A stretch of 63,715 nt of DNA, the filler included, from Choristocarpus tenellus KU-1152 (lineage: Eukaryota > Protista > Phaeophyceae): the NCBI GenBank assembly GCA_964200185.2. It is 9 parts of 9 records of this genome, joined end to end, with 100 filler letters (N's around TTAATTAATTAA, not from the genome) between each part and the next. Parts side by side here need not be neighbours in the genome. Positions count along the whole stretch, not along the records: positions 37,937 to 47,790 come from CAXNAD020003330.1; positions 47,891 to 50,500 come from CAXNAD020026294.1; positions 50,601 to 54,390 come from CAXNAD020017905.1; 6 more parts are not named here. One strand, written 5' to 3'. Position 1 is the first letter of the stretch, and each line of letters starts with the position of its first letter. Below the pieces are notes generated by a model. It worked only from the letters and a program-made list of their open reading frames with translations. It searched no databases and had not been told where the DNA came from. Below are positions 38,100-51,787 of the stretch, piece by piece. The translations under genes and the position numbers were made by a program.

Positions 38100-40170
38100 G
38101 GGCTGTACCATATCAAAACCCTTCACCAATGCTGGGTTAATCGGGTTCAACTTTGGCTGGGATAGCCAGCCAGCCTTCCAGAGGATGCGTGCTTGGCATT
38201 TTTGCCTGGTGAAATATACTGGCGAGATCACGTCCATTGCCGACTCTACTTCCATCAATTCTAACAAGCTCTTCCTGCCCCCTGTTTCGGCTCACAATTG
38301 GCATTTTCTATCTTGACAGATATGGTTCGCCACTCATAGTCTTTCAATGAAGAAGTAGCATATTTTGTGCGACTATTATACTAGTTGTAGCACAACAACG
38401 TAATTCCTAGTGTGTGCAAAGTATCATGCTGCAACCCAGCACGTGATGTGTGTATGTATAGTACTTTCTGTAACAGCAGAAAAAATAGACTTGGATGAAG
38501 CCCAAATTTGTAACACACTTGTCGACACTATGCCGTTCAGTTGGTTGATCGATTCACTAGCTCATTGGCATTGTCTTCCTGTTGTATAGTATCATCCCAT
38601 CTAGACGAGGCAGATTTTATATGCCAACTTTCCCAGTACCTCTCTGACACAGGTTTAGCATCTTGGAATTATGTGTTGTATATGGCTCCCCTGAGCGCAT
38701 TACTTCTTGAGTAGTGATGTGGAACATACTGGGCAGGGTATCTCGATGGTGTTTCTTGTTGGTGCTCACAAAGTATGCCATAATGATTGCATTGAAGTTG
38801 AGAAGCCAAAATACCAAGTCTCTATTCAATTGTGTTGCGATTCCCTCCAAAACGGGCATGGGCAAGCAACAGAGACTAAGCTACTACTACACTCTGCCTG
38901 GTCTCATTGGAACATGCCACACATTGTAGTATCTACAGGAAACAAATAGTATTCTATCTGGAGGAACGGAGTACTTGCCTTTTGTTAAAGCACCTCTCTC
39001 ATTAGCCTTCCTTCCTGCACCAGCTGGAGGATCCCGCTCCAAGCAAAATCAGGCATGACAAGGCTTAGAGGGAAGTTGTGTTTCGAGGGCATCCTTTAAC
39101 TATTTGATGGTATAGTAGACAATGTGCTGTCCTTCGTGCTCTCAATAATATGTATCCTAACCTCTCCCCCAAGCTTAGGCACCACTATACCACGAATGCT
39201 AAATAGGCCCATATCCATCCAGCCGTTCATGTGTGTTGATGATGCGTGACAGCCCGCACAACACAATTTTCGACACTCAGGAAAGGATACCACCTGCCTT
39301 TCTTTCCATTCAGAAGTTCCTACTCTATCGTACAACAGTACCAACCCAACCAACCCGTGTTTGCATAAAAGATTTTGTGACCTTCCGAATGGAAGGTCTT
39401 TCCGTTTTGTGACCCGCTTTGAGGTATTACTTGAAGGATTGCTGGCATTGGCATGTCGAACAGGGCCTACTCCTCACGAGGAATCCCATGGGGTCCAACC
39501 CCCACTGTGATTCGTTCTGTGGGTAGATGTCATTTGACCAAGTGTGCTCATCGTCACGGCTGGTGGTGTATTTTTCAGCGAGTGTACGTAGGGTCACTAT
39601 TGTTAAATAGTGGTACATTTCAGGCTATCCTTACTCCACACTTTCGAAACGGACACCTCAACCATCGAACTTGTCCGCACCTCAATATCAAACAAGGTGG
39701 GGACTGGGAAGTGCTGACCATATCAGATGTACGTACTCTTCCAGCCACCCCTAGCAAGGATAGCCCTTTCCCAACTAAGGGAGTTTCCCCTGTTTTTTCT
39801 ATCTCTTTTGGGACACATTGAACGACCGATTCATCTTTCTTTTTGTTTGAAGTGAAGGATGTGGCACAAGTTAGGGCACTTCAACGACAATTCACCACTA
39901 TCATTCCCGCAGGTGTTCCAAGCCATGCAAATTCTGTCCGTTTTTGTGTAATGATACCCAACTTTCGACATGTTCGCTGCAGTTCCACTTGCACCAACAT
40001 GTATGATAGTGTCATGTGCCACTACACAATACATGAAACACATTCGTTCTAAGGTCGATGCTACGAAGAATGCAGCGCATTGTGGGCAACATAGCGCCTC
40101 TAACAAAATGCTCAACATGATCCAGCTCATTCCTTCCTTGAGAAAACAAGAGACTATCAATGCACAATAG
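38100..40170 (-). mobile_element. Decayed Ty3/Gypsy LTR retrotransposon (gag/protease/RT fragments)
   Basis: PMPVLEGIATQL...VF (RT start) and FPVPTLFD (protease-like); many disruptions. Confidence 0.5.
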
Positions 40171-40363
40171 CATGCACTGCATAGTAGTTGTACAGAAATA
40201 GGTCTAAATCTGCACAGTGGTACGTGACAATATCACACAATGTTCAATAAAATTTTACAAAATCGCCCAGGTTAGCATGACTTGGAATGCATGGGCGAAT
40301 CACATGGTAATTGTGCCAGTTAAAGATCTCTACCTTTGGCTGACATACTTCACTTTCGCACAA

Positions 40364-40547
40364 GACCCAAAGTATCTGTGTGTGTGTGGGGGGGGTCTAC
40401 TCCAGGGTGTCCATTTGGGGCATAACCAGGAAAAGTGTACTTACATTATCCATCCGATGTACGCAACCAAATCACCCAAAAATCGCAACGTAAGAAAATT
40501 GGCTCCAAATGGACAGCCGCCACCCCACCCCCCAGGTACTTTGATCC
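40364..40547. mobile_element. MITE family B, full copy
   Basis: CAAAGTATCTG...CAGGTACTTTG inverted termini with subterminal GTCCATTTGG/CCAAATGGAC inverted motif. Confidence 0.8.
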
Positions 40548-42699
40548 ACAAAACTTGATGAATCGGTCAATCCATGCGCCGCAATACGTGATGGGAAAAT
40601 TGGAGGGTGCCTCTGTAACAGCACGGGGGGTTCCTTCAGTAGGGGTGATTCTAATATCAGTGACAGGCCTATTTATATCCCTGCTGTGCTGAAGCCTGAA
40701 CGAAAATGTTATGGCGTTATTCTAATAGGTACTGCTAAAAGCAAAAGGTGAGGAAATGAGCAGATGCTGAATGTGTTACGAGTTGATAGCTAGGTACAGC
40801 CCTCCTTTCCTTGCAGTCGTGAAGTTGGCATTACTTTTACAGGTACATGATCTCCAGAGGAGACCCCACACCAATGACAAGGACATAATACGTTATGTGC
40901 CATTCTCTGTGGGAATCAATACTGACCTCGTTTGTGCCTTTGTTATGAAGCTGGACACACAGCCAATATCAAGCAATTCTTCCACTCACGATGCAATATT
41001 GCTCTTGTAGCCGAAACACAATAATAAAAACATCTATTCCACAAATACAGTGAGTGCAACACCAGGAAAAATCTTCACATTCTTGGAATTGGGTATATGC
41101 AAAGATGCATAGTTTGTGTTTAGTTTGTATGGATAATATGGTCTCATACTAATGCCTGAAAACGGCGGCACCTGTCAACTGACATTCCTCTTTCATCCCG
41201 AGTGGTGGGCACATATGCTGGAGGAGTGAGAGGAAAAGTTGCAGGGTACTCTGGAGCACATTGAAAGCCCAACTATGATATAATTATCGTAAGGATTCAA
41301 TCTTACAAACTATTTTCCACTCCGTATGTAAGTTCAGCTGTCAAGTATGGCAGTTAGGAAGGCGACAGAAATAAAAGTATATATATATATTTATCTAAAC
41401 TGCTGCGATGGCTTGCACGTACGAGTATATAAATCTAAGCCGATGAGATGGCCTAAAGGTATGAAAAAGAAAATCTAAATCAATGAGATGACCTGAATGT
41501 CGTATCGACATTGGCTTGCAATGAGTCAGAGTAAGGGCCCAGCAGGAGGGTTAGTAACCTTCCAAGAACACCCTATTTTGAATAGGGCCTTACTCCAATG
41601 ACTGAGAAAGGTGCTCTGCCGACATATGCAATAGTTTTCTAGGTACTGATTTCTCCGACAGCAAAACAAAAAGAGACCCTTCTTCAGCCTCCACCGCATT
41701 TATCACTTGGCAGTTGACACAATGCTTAAATGAGGGCCAAGTCTTTGGACTTGAGCATAAGCTCCTCATGGAAGAAAACATGTTGCCAGTAGGAGGGGGG
41801 GCATTGTTCTTCTCCCTTCCTTACAGTGGGGATTCTTTGCTCGATCTGGACCCAACTCAACTCAGTTGCGCTGGACTTGTAGCTGCAGGTCCACTAACTT
41901 CATTCATCCTCCATAATTTATTGTGAATAACCAAGGCATGTGATCCTTGCGACCCCACAGAAAGCAGTGTTTCCGGCCTCCAGGGTAATGGACAGGGTCC
42001 TTGTATGTTCAAAGCTAAGAATCGTTGTTTTTGCAGGGGGAGAAATATTTTTTGGAAGATCAGAGGATAGGACACACACACACACACACACACACACATT
42101 GTGTATTATGAAAAGAGGTATCGAGAAAGACAGCACAAGGGTATATTTGGGTACACTTATGGGTACGTTTGGTTTTGGGGCTCTTGTGATTGGTGATTGA
42201 GAACCTGTAGGAGAAATGGGTTCAAGTACACTTGCTAAGTTAGGTTTTGCAGGCAAGCTAGCAAAGTCGAACCCAAAGGCGATTTTCCGGTTGTGGTAAA
42301 GTGGATCTAGTACAGCACAATACCAGAGATGATCTGACAAGTTACGGATTACAGTAGGAACGGTGTGGCTGCTGATAGATACTCAGATTTCCGCCAGCAG
42401 AAGGAGTATGCCACTCTCTCTGATGCACTAACATAGAGGGGCCTGATTGATTGTGTGCCGACTCTTCAAGTGAAACAGTGTTATGTATTTGCATTATGCA
42501 AAAAATAAGAAGAGAGATACATTGTGGTACCAACGTACTCTATGTGAGAGGTGACACCTCCTTGCAGCTGGTCAAAGAGCGCGTGTGTCATTGATGGCTA
42601 ATAATTTGGTGTGCATTTTGATGTGCATTTTCCTCAACCTAATATTATTCTCACACAGTCATCTTGGACTTCATTTCCGCACTAGATACTCCGAAAAAG

Positions 42700-43900
42700 A
42701 GGGGTCTTGTTGCCAACAAGACAAGGAAAATCTAGTGTGCTGTGCAATCCTGTTTAATCTAAGCACTTTTGCAATATGAAATCTCCTTACAATCAAAGTA
42801 GAATCCCCACATAACATATCTTAGCCTAAGATCGACTATTTCTTAGTCACATCATTTCATTACACATTCAATGTCTTGTCAACAGATACACATCCACTTC
42901 TCTTGAAATTTTGACCATTGGCAACACTAAAATGGTTGACTTAAGGCTGTTATATATGTAGTGGTGGCATATGGCATTGTCTAGCCTTGCAATACATTCT
43001 TCCTTACCTGCTGAGTGAACCTACAAAGGAAAAGCAATGGTTCTGGTGTATCTGTATAGATTTCTCTGCATTTCGTGCTCAGGGAATGAAAATATCAACC
43101 CTGCTTTCACAACAAAACCATGTGCTGCATGGTGTATGCTACCAATCCTTAATCAGCAAAGACAAAGCCGTCCACAACCAAGACTTTGACTGTTAGGATA
43201 CTATAGAATGCATTCCCTCTCTGTCGATTGGCAAAGAGCAACCAAAACATACTATATAGGGTTAGGGTTATTAGGAACAGTGGAAGCTTTGTATGCGCAG
43301 TTATGTTATGCGTTATCAATGTGCTCCGTAAGGGGACACTGTGGCATAAATCATACAACACAACTACAGTAGCTACGTCTGAGTCAACAGAAGCTTGATT
43401 TCACCCATTGCAAAAATATTTCGCAACTACAATTCCCCTCCCCAAGGCTGCTTACTTATGTCATATTTTCTCACCTTAAGTCAGTCATTCCATTTTTGAT
43501 GACCTGTCCTCAACATCACTTTCCTAAAAATATACCTTGCTATTAGTATTCATAGAAGAGCCCATACAGTGTAGCTCATTCTGCAAGGGCCACAAAAGTG
43601 TCTGTTGACAACAGCTATCACCCACCTTGGGATACCACGGACATCAACCTTGACCTCTTGGATATCCTCACATGAATCCCCCCATTCCTCTACCACACCG
43701 GTATTTGGCATCACTGAGACTCTTTGTTCTTCCATGGCACCACCGATGGTATTGCCTAGTATGGCCCTGCCTCTATGAACAGAGAGGCGATGCACAGCTC
43801 GTGTCCGCAAGTGGATGGATGACACGCTAACCGGGCAAGAAAAACTTGAACAAGGGGGAGGTTGGTTGTGAGCACAATGATCGACAGGTACGGATATACG
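42700..43900 (-). mobile_element. Possible decayed Ty1/Copia RT/RNase H remnant
   Basis: Weak similarity (GFVFAD.., KH-like terminal region); highly degenerate. Confidence 0.3.
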
Positions 43901-44307
43901 TCAGATAGTTCTCACAAGTAGCTTGAGCAGTTGCAGGTGGTTTTGTCCACTTCTGAAATACCCTGCATGACTGAGCTCTGATTTCACATGGAAGTTAACT
44001 CTGGGTTATAGGTATAGCGAAATGGCAATGAAAAGGATAAAATCAGAAAGCTCGCATAGATGATTTTTTGGCAATGTTGAAACTGTATGCAATGGTGAGG
44101 GTATTGCGAAGTAATTTCTTGGGTAGCACTTCTACGCAGGTAATATCAAAGACTGCAAAGTTCTAGGCTCGAACTAGTATCTATAGTCATAAATCTACCT
44201 CAAGGAATTGTCAGTGTTTAAACACCATGGATTGAAAGTAACCCTGAGTTAGAAAGGTTGACTGATTGACCGGGAGATTGGGGGGAATTCTTCCGCCTAG
44301 CTAGTGT

Positions 44308-44564
44308 GAGTCAAGTAAACGAGAGGTGCCCAAGTTTTGGTCGTTTTGCATTTCAAGCCAATTTTTCAATCTTTTGAAGTTCACCCCTATTTCTATTGAT
44401 GAAGGTTAAGTTTGACTCAAGAGTGTTTATTTCTCTATCGGCTGAGACCTTTCTGACCCAATTCGGAAAATGTCCTATACGCAGTTTTTTGAAAGTTGAT
44501 TTTTGCACATATTTGTCAGCATCCTCAAAATGCAACTCTGGGTACCTCTCATTTACTTTGACTC
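44308..44564. mobile_element. MITE family C, second copy
   Basis: GAGTCAAGTAAAC...TACTTTGACTC; shares TTTGCACATATTT..CATCCT..AATGCAAC..GGTACCT with the 35190 copy. Confidence 0.75.
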
Positions 44565-44733
44565 AGTGGAGCTTGTACTGCAGAGCAGCGAGCAAGTAAA
44601 TTCGTTCCTACTCAGGAGTACTAGATCATTGGGAGCATAGCAATCCGAACTACAGAAACGTGTTAAAGTACAACGATAAGGGATCAACTAGATTCTATAT
44701 TTACATGGACATGAACGACAATCGCGACACTCA

Positions 44734-45538
44734 CCTCAAGTGAATCGTCTGAGGGAACAACCCCGTTGTCACAGATAAGCTCTCTTTGTTCGTGGTGGAA
44801 TTCATCGACTGAGTTATTTTTTCCCTTGCCAACAAATGTTTTTTTAGCCCGGAATCCCCCCAAGTGCTGTTAATATCGAAGATCAGATTCGAGAGGTCTC
44901 GAGGTGGACCCTCGGAACAAATTGTTTGAGGACGCGACTCCCCGACCTCCCTCTTTTTTTCCAAGTCTCCTTGGTCCAAAACTTTGCGAGGGCCTGATTC
45001 GTTGTCCCTATCGCCCTTATCCGCTTTATTCAAAGCATGTTTCGCGATGAGCATCGACGCTGGGCCCGGAGGGATTAGTTCATTGGTGCTTGATTGCAAA
45101 CGACGGGACGAGGCCGAGGTGGAGGCTAATGCTTGGTGCTTCGCCAGGAGCTGTGGATTAGGATTCGGAAAAGCTACCGGTGGGGAGATGTGGGGGCGGA
45201 CGCTGGCTCGCACCGTGTAGGGTGGAGCTACCAGCTCAAGTTCATATTCTCGTGTGTCACCTCCAGGTACTCGAGTCGTACTTTGAACCCTTTCGAGGTT
45301 ACTCCTAGTACTGCTGCGACCAGTGCTCACAACGTTAATCTTCTTCTCGTGCTCAGTTTCAGTAGAGAACTCCGGGGAAACAAATGGGTGATGGAAGCCG
45401 ATGGGGGTAGCAGACTCTATGGGGGTGTGGCAACCAAGCTTATCGGTATAATGTCTTGTCGACCACCCGGTTTTAGAATTCTTCCCTGTGTCGAGGTTGA
45501 CTTGAGGATCTGGAGCTATCATTGTGTACAAGATGACT
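44734..45538 (-). CDS. Probable large exon of an unknown S/T/P-rich protein
   Basis: Stop-free for ~267 codons, bounded by a tAG acceptor and GAG|GTGAGT donor; no recognisable domain. Confidence 0.35.
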
Positions 45539-48173
45539 ATTTATGCGGAATACTCTTCAAAGGAGCGACCAGAGTCTATCATTCCCACATCCCCAATTTG
45601 GTTCAGAGTCACCCATAGAGCATTCAGACTGCTCTGTTTTAGCGTTTCGCTTCGCCGAAACGTAACCGTCTCATCCAAACAAAGATGATAATACCTAACG
45701 ATAGTAACGACAGTAATGACAGCAAAGTACGACGAAACTACAGGAGTTTGGAGAGGTCATGCACAGTAATCTATGTATGCATGTCTGATTCATACTGTTA
45801 TATGTACCAATCATCTCTTAACTATTTTTGTTTTTAGTGGAATCGGGGAGTCTTTCACAAGGCCTGCAACAAAGCAATTAGGCGAGGGGAGTCGTGGTGG
45901 TCATAACAGCAACAACCTAAGTAAAGTACTCCGAATATCAAATCTATCACAGGAAACATTCATTTCACTTTTTCGACGGCACAGACAGCATAGATAGGGA
46001 GTAGTGGTGGGCATACTAGCACTACTTGCGTTTCACCATTATTTGTCCATAAAGTGTTCGTAACCAAATAGGAAACTCATACTTGTTTGAAGTGAAAGGA
46101 GCGAGGAAAGTGGGCAAAGGAACCACTCATCAAGTAGGGTCCTTGGGCATACAGCGAAATTTGGTGCGTGAGTCCAGAAAAAATGAAAGTCCTCGAACAG
46201 CCAATTTGAAAATTGAAGTTGCTTTCGACTTGCTCCTGAAGGAGTATGATATTGACATGCAGCTCATCATCATCGGCAATCCCATAAAAAGAACAGCTAC
46301 GTAAAGAGCACAGGGTAATGCAGGGTAGGGCGGTCACAGTCAACTAACTTAGCTGCCAAAATTTCAAGATCAAGTCTGTTAAAAAGGAGTCAGGTGAGGA
46401 GATTCAGTGAAAAAAAAACACACACACACACACAGTTCTGGAGTTAGCTCTCTTGGTTCTATTAGTAAATCAATATCCTGAGGCACTAGTTTATATTTTT
46501 CTCTCCCCCCTTCCACCCAGACGCCCTCTGAAGTACCAATTAAAAAAATTCGCATATAGGGTTTTAGGAGCTTCAACCGCTTGAAGCAAGAGGACACAGA
46601 ATGCACATTGTTATTTGCAGAGAGAGGTGGCACAAAAAGGGTGTTGGGAGAGATTAGGGTAATGGAGGCCACCACTGTGAAGTCCAAAGAAGCTAAAATC
46701 GCCCATCACTCCCAAAACCTTTTTTTGTGGGAAAATCGGGCTGAAATTTCATTCTCCACACAGCAGGGTTCAATAGGCTTGGACCGAATCACTATTGAGA
46801 TCGTCAACGATGAAGGTGAATACATGGAGGTGTATGGTGATTGGTCACCCAGAGTGACAGCACAGGAAGCTTGATAACATATTCGTGCAGTAGCCTGAGG
46901 CAATGACAATTCCGCCCTCATCACAGCAAGGGTTTTCACCACCTGCTAAGTAAGGCCTCATCAACTAGGACTGTGCAGGATCCACATCAATTCAACAAAA
47001 GGTCAGCACTACGAACGCCGATAACGAATCGCAGCACGCACAGCTGAATTAGTAGTAGGTTGCCGGGCACACAGTGAGAGGTAGCCCCCTAGATACGGTA
47101 AGTCACAACTCACAAAAAAGGGGTGCGTCGTATTTTAACTGTTGTTCCCCTTGGTTGAAAAAAAGATAACATACATTTTGCTACCCTGAGAATCGCTCCT
47201 GCAACAGCAAACTCTACTCTCTCCCGTCGTCACATCCTCCCTACTTGCCTATCGGTTGCGAAATCACCTCCTACTGCTGCGTTGAACCTCACACTAGAAG
47301 ATAAACGGCTGACCAATGACATCAATAAAGGCAAACAGCAATTAGTGAAGGTACAAAGCCATATGGCAAGCTGTATTAATTTCGGTATACCCCTTTGTTG
47401 TGTGCCGGTGACCAGCCTCATAGGTACAAGTAAAGAATGTCATTAAGCCAGTCAGAGAACCCAGCACAAGGAGGCCTCTAAAACCAATCAACATCACAGA
47501 AAAGACACAATCTCATGCACAAAGCAAAACATTGGTGGGACAAGCCAGGGAGCAGAGCGACAGAAAAAACAAGCACAGGCACCACAATCAAAAGCAACAA
47601 TTAAACAACACGAACGCCTCAGTGACCCCCCAAGTCGTTCTGATCAAATCAACAAACTGGAACCATTCACCACCCCTGAGTCACAACTGAGTCACACAGC
47701 AAACCTGCCAACTATTACCACACCCTCATTGCCATCCCCTCCCTCTCCCTCCCTTCACCTCTCTCCTCAACTAACCCCTACTACAGGACCNNNNNNNNNN
47801 NNNNNNNNNNNNNNNNNNNNNNNNNNNNNNNNNNTTAATTAATTAANNNNNNNNNNNNNNNNNNNNNNNNNNNNNNNNNNNNNNNNNNNNCCCAACTACT
47901 CCGACCCAAAACCAATACAGTGTACCTCGGGGGTGGAAGATCGAACAAGGATACGTAATTTTTTTGTTTTTGTTTTTTTTAAGAAGTTATGAACAGCTCG
48001 GGATCCAAGGAGAGGGGAAGGACCAGATAAATATTTTTATTTTCCTAAGCATAACAGGTGTGACAGGAAGTCAGTCAGAGCAGAAGGGGGCATACGACAA
48101 AACCGTGTTTGATGGGGAAAGACACCAGCGCATCGAGTCCGTCATTTACTTGGGCACACTGCCGCCCAATCCC

Positions 48174-48355
48174 TCAACAAGGTTGGGCCTTCATTCGTGC
48201 GTATGTTTTATCCTTGAGAGCTCGACCAATCCGTTCGTTGTTTGCTGTTCGAGACAGGAGTATATGGTAGCACACTGCTTTGCAAAGCACGTTGCACAAG
48301 GAGCTAGCCAGCCTTGGCAAGGAGGCAGAAAAAGTGGTTTGTTAACACAAGGCGG

Positions 48356-48386
<31 letters not shown>

Positions 48387-49815
48387 TTTTTATTATTATT
48401 ACTACTACTAACAATAATATACTCCCCTCTGTCCCATAACATAAGTCTGCGCCTTTATTTATGCACGTACCTCTTCAATTTATTTATTACATTGGATTAC
48501 TTGGAATATTTTACGTAAGAAAGGTAGGGTTGTATGTATTTGAAGAGTATAGGAAGGTCTGAACCGTGTTGAAATGCAGGCTACTCATCTTTTGTTATCT
48601 TTTGTGATAGTGAGTGTGATACTCCCTCCGTCCCATAAGTAACTGTAAGTAACTGTTTGTTTCCTTCATGCAAGTAACTCTTCGGGATGACCTCTGATTA
48701 AAAAAAAAAAAAAGGATTTTTGCATTGGAATACCTTTCCTCACTTTTCCTCAACGTTGTCAATCCAAAAATTAAGTGCCTTGTTGTGGGCTTACGCCCGC
48801 TTAACTAACCCCTGTTCCATATTTTCAAAACAATTTCAGGATATTATTTTTCAAATATAACTCATCTTACCTAAAATTTTACGAGGAATCCCAGTTAAGA
48901 GTAGGAAATCACTATCATGTATGCATTATTATCTTAATCAATCCCAGTTAAGAGTAGTATCACCATCATACCTGGTGGTTTCTATCCTTTCCATAGACGT
49001 GTCGCATTATGTCCTCTGGAATTAGTTCATCCGTCTGAAGGGCAATATGATCCTCCTTCAGTTTAGAAACATTCTCACCCACTAGGAACTCCACCGTGAA
49101 ATGCCTTTACAAAAACAAAAAAAAACATACACACAGACATAGAGACAGAAAGGCATTACACACTCATGCACACACATGCACACACACACATAATACATAC
49201 ATACATACATACATACACAATATATAAATACACACAGACATGCATACATGCAAAAATACATACACATAAATACATAATACATACATCCACACACATGCAC
49301 ATAATACATATACAAACAAATTCACAAACATAAATATGTAATACATAGACACACAAAACCTGCACTTACTCAATCAACGTTAAGTACACAAATAAAAAAA
49401 AAGTTACTTAGACAAAAAAGAAAATAGAAAAATCAGTAAAAAAAAATAATATCTCAAAATGAAACAGAAAATGAGAAAGAAATCTAAAACAAGATGGATC
49501 GAAATCAAATCACAACACAAGAAGTAATGAGAGAAAAAAATAAATAATGTAGAAAAAAGAACATACCATCAAAGAAGACAGAAAAACAATCAACATAAGA
49601 AAAAAATTAATAGCATTAAAAAAAGAATGATATAGAAAATTCAGAAACAAAATAATAATGATCATACAAATACAAGCAAAATGTATCTCCCTCATATATA
49701 TATATAACTTATGGGTGACACCAAATGAATGCATGCAGCACATGCACAAGACGTTCGTTCATTGGACCGATTTGAGCTATACCACGTATACTCTACTGCA
49801 GCAGCTACCACCATG
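48174..49815 (-). CDS. 3' exons of an unknown gene
   Basis: In-phase exons HFTVEFLV...KDRNHQ | ALNFWIDNVEEK | LASSLCNV...AQPC*. AC-rich introns fit minus-strand transcription; the upstream junction is unresolved. Confidence 0.35.
48620..48638 (+). mobile_element. Stowaway/mariner-type TIR (TA-CTCCCTCCGTCCCATAA); degenerate second copy at ~48420
   Basis: Matches the Stowaway terminal consensus preceded by TA; partner TIR not found. Confidence 0.55.
49125..49360. repeat. Degenerate (ACAT/AC)n microsatellite tract
   Basis: Seen directly. Confidence 0.85.
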
Positions 49816-51009
49816 GCAAACCTCAAAACAAACAACGCTGACCCTAACCCTAGTGCAGTGTAACACATCAGCTCAAAAAAAAAAGACTACACACAGATGA
49901 AAGATAACACGCCTTTTGGTCATGGAAACCTAACTTCGTCCGCGCCTGACCTCTTTTTTTTTAACCACAGGGTCATTTCCACCGACACTACAAGTTCATG
50001 TCACTTTTTTATCGCCCACCGCCTTCCATAATTATAACGAAAAAAAATACTGCACTTCATTTCTTTAAAAAAAAGAAAGGAATATATACATATATATGTA
50101 TACATAAACCATCGTCATCGGGATTCATCAAGTGCAGACAGACTCCACATATGAACATTTGAAAATAAAGAGGAAAAAAAAAACATGCAGAATTATAGGT
50201 GCGAATAGGAGACACCGGCTCTAAACAGAAAAATAAATTTTAAAAATGGAAGAGAAGTAATATCTGCTAGGAGCCCCAGTCAATACCGCACAATTCTGAT
50301 AGAAACGTTTCCAGAGTGTATTCTCAGGGTGTAAAAGGAACAGATATTCTGAAGAAATAATAATAATAATGGTACAATATACTTCCTACTCACAAGGGTT
50401 AGGGTTATGGCTCTACATCACAATCACTCCATACAGTTCAGGTGTAAGCAGTTTACGCATCTCAGCAATTGGGCCTTGTACTCCAGGGGGGGGGGCGTAC
50501 NNNNNNNNNNNNNNNNNNNNNNNNNNNNNNNNNNNNNNNNNNNNTTAATTAATTAANNNNNNNNNNNNNNNNNNNNNNNNNNNNNNNNNNNNNNNNNNNN
50601 TTTTTTTTGTCCTTTGGGTGTTATTTGTTTGCTTGTTTGGGGCCCCAATGTGACCCTTGGGTTTTCCCCCCCCCCCCCCCCCCCCAGATATTTTGGGTCT
50701 TCTCTCGTTGTGGTGTTCCCAGTCATTGTAAGAGAGCACATAAAACTAGCTCCCAACCACTGCCTGTGTGGAATGCACAGAACCATTACAACGACACCCT
50801 TCATAGTAAGTGCTATAATCAACCCTCCTCAGGTTCCCCCACTGAAAATATAACGTAAAGATCAACATCACAAAAGAATAGTTGACTATATGTATAGCAA
50901 ACGGAAGAACTGTGAGATCATTGGGGAATAGAAATCATTCAGCAAAACAAGTGATAAAACGTAGCCACGGCAACAGGCGAGAATGCCAGATTGTTGGTCC
51001 TGCGCCAAC

Positions 51010-51744
51010 CCACCCTTGTTGCAGCTCTGACGGCAAGATTCCTCTGCCTCCAAACCTCCCTCTCTAGTCTCTCCTCAGTACGCTGCAGGTCAAAGACTCG
51101 TTGAGTGGTATGCTTTGCCCATTCCCGACTTGCCTGGCCATTGGTCTGTTCCTGAACCTTACCCCCACAGATTGAAGCATTGGGTATGAGAGGGGTAGGG
51201 TAGAGGCTGTGCTTGAGGGTAAGAGGGGAAAGACATTGACTCGTGTTAGATATTGCGGTGAGACTTAAAGCTGAAAGCTAAGATCAGGGTTGCAATGCCA
51301 ACCAAGGATACATTTGGGGACTGCTACGACCAGGGCCAGCTGGGATGTATTGCAATCATGTGTTGAAAGTCATAGCAACTGCACAATGAGAATTTAAGAT
51401 TGAACAGCGCTCGAAGGGCTGTACCTGTGTAATCAGGTTCAGGACAACCATGGCCGATGGACATGGTACTCATCACATCACTAAACATGAAGGTGAAGGA
51501 TAATTGACGGACTTGATGGGCACATATATGTGCTATGCGAGGGTGGGTTGGGGAAAGGATAGGATCAGTCTTATGATTAGTGATAGGTCACCTTTTTCAT
51601 ACGGGACAGAGCAAGTCTCTCCTGGGCCTTGGCTATTGCCGCGGCTTTCCGCCGTTGCTCCCTGCGGGAAATTGCATTAATTAGGGGCCTAGTTGTTGTC
51701 AGCAGACTTCCATTGTCTTAAACATTCATTTTTCCATGCAATTG

Positions 51745-51787
<43 letters not shown>

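Noticed and set aside
44353-44535. 60-aa minus-strand ORF as the next exon of the 44734 gene
   Set aside because: It lies wholly inside MITE family C.
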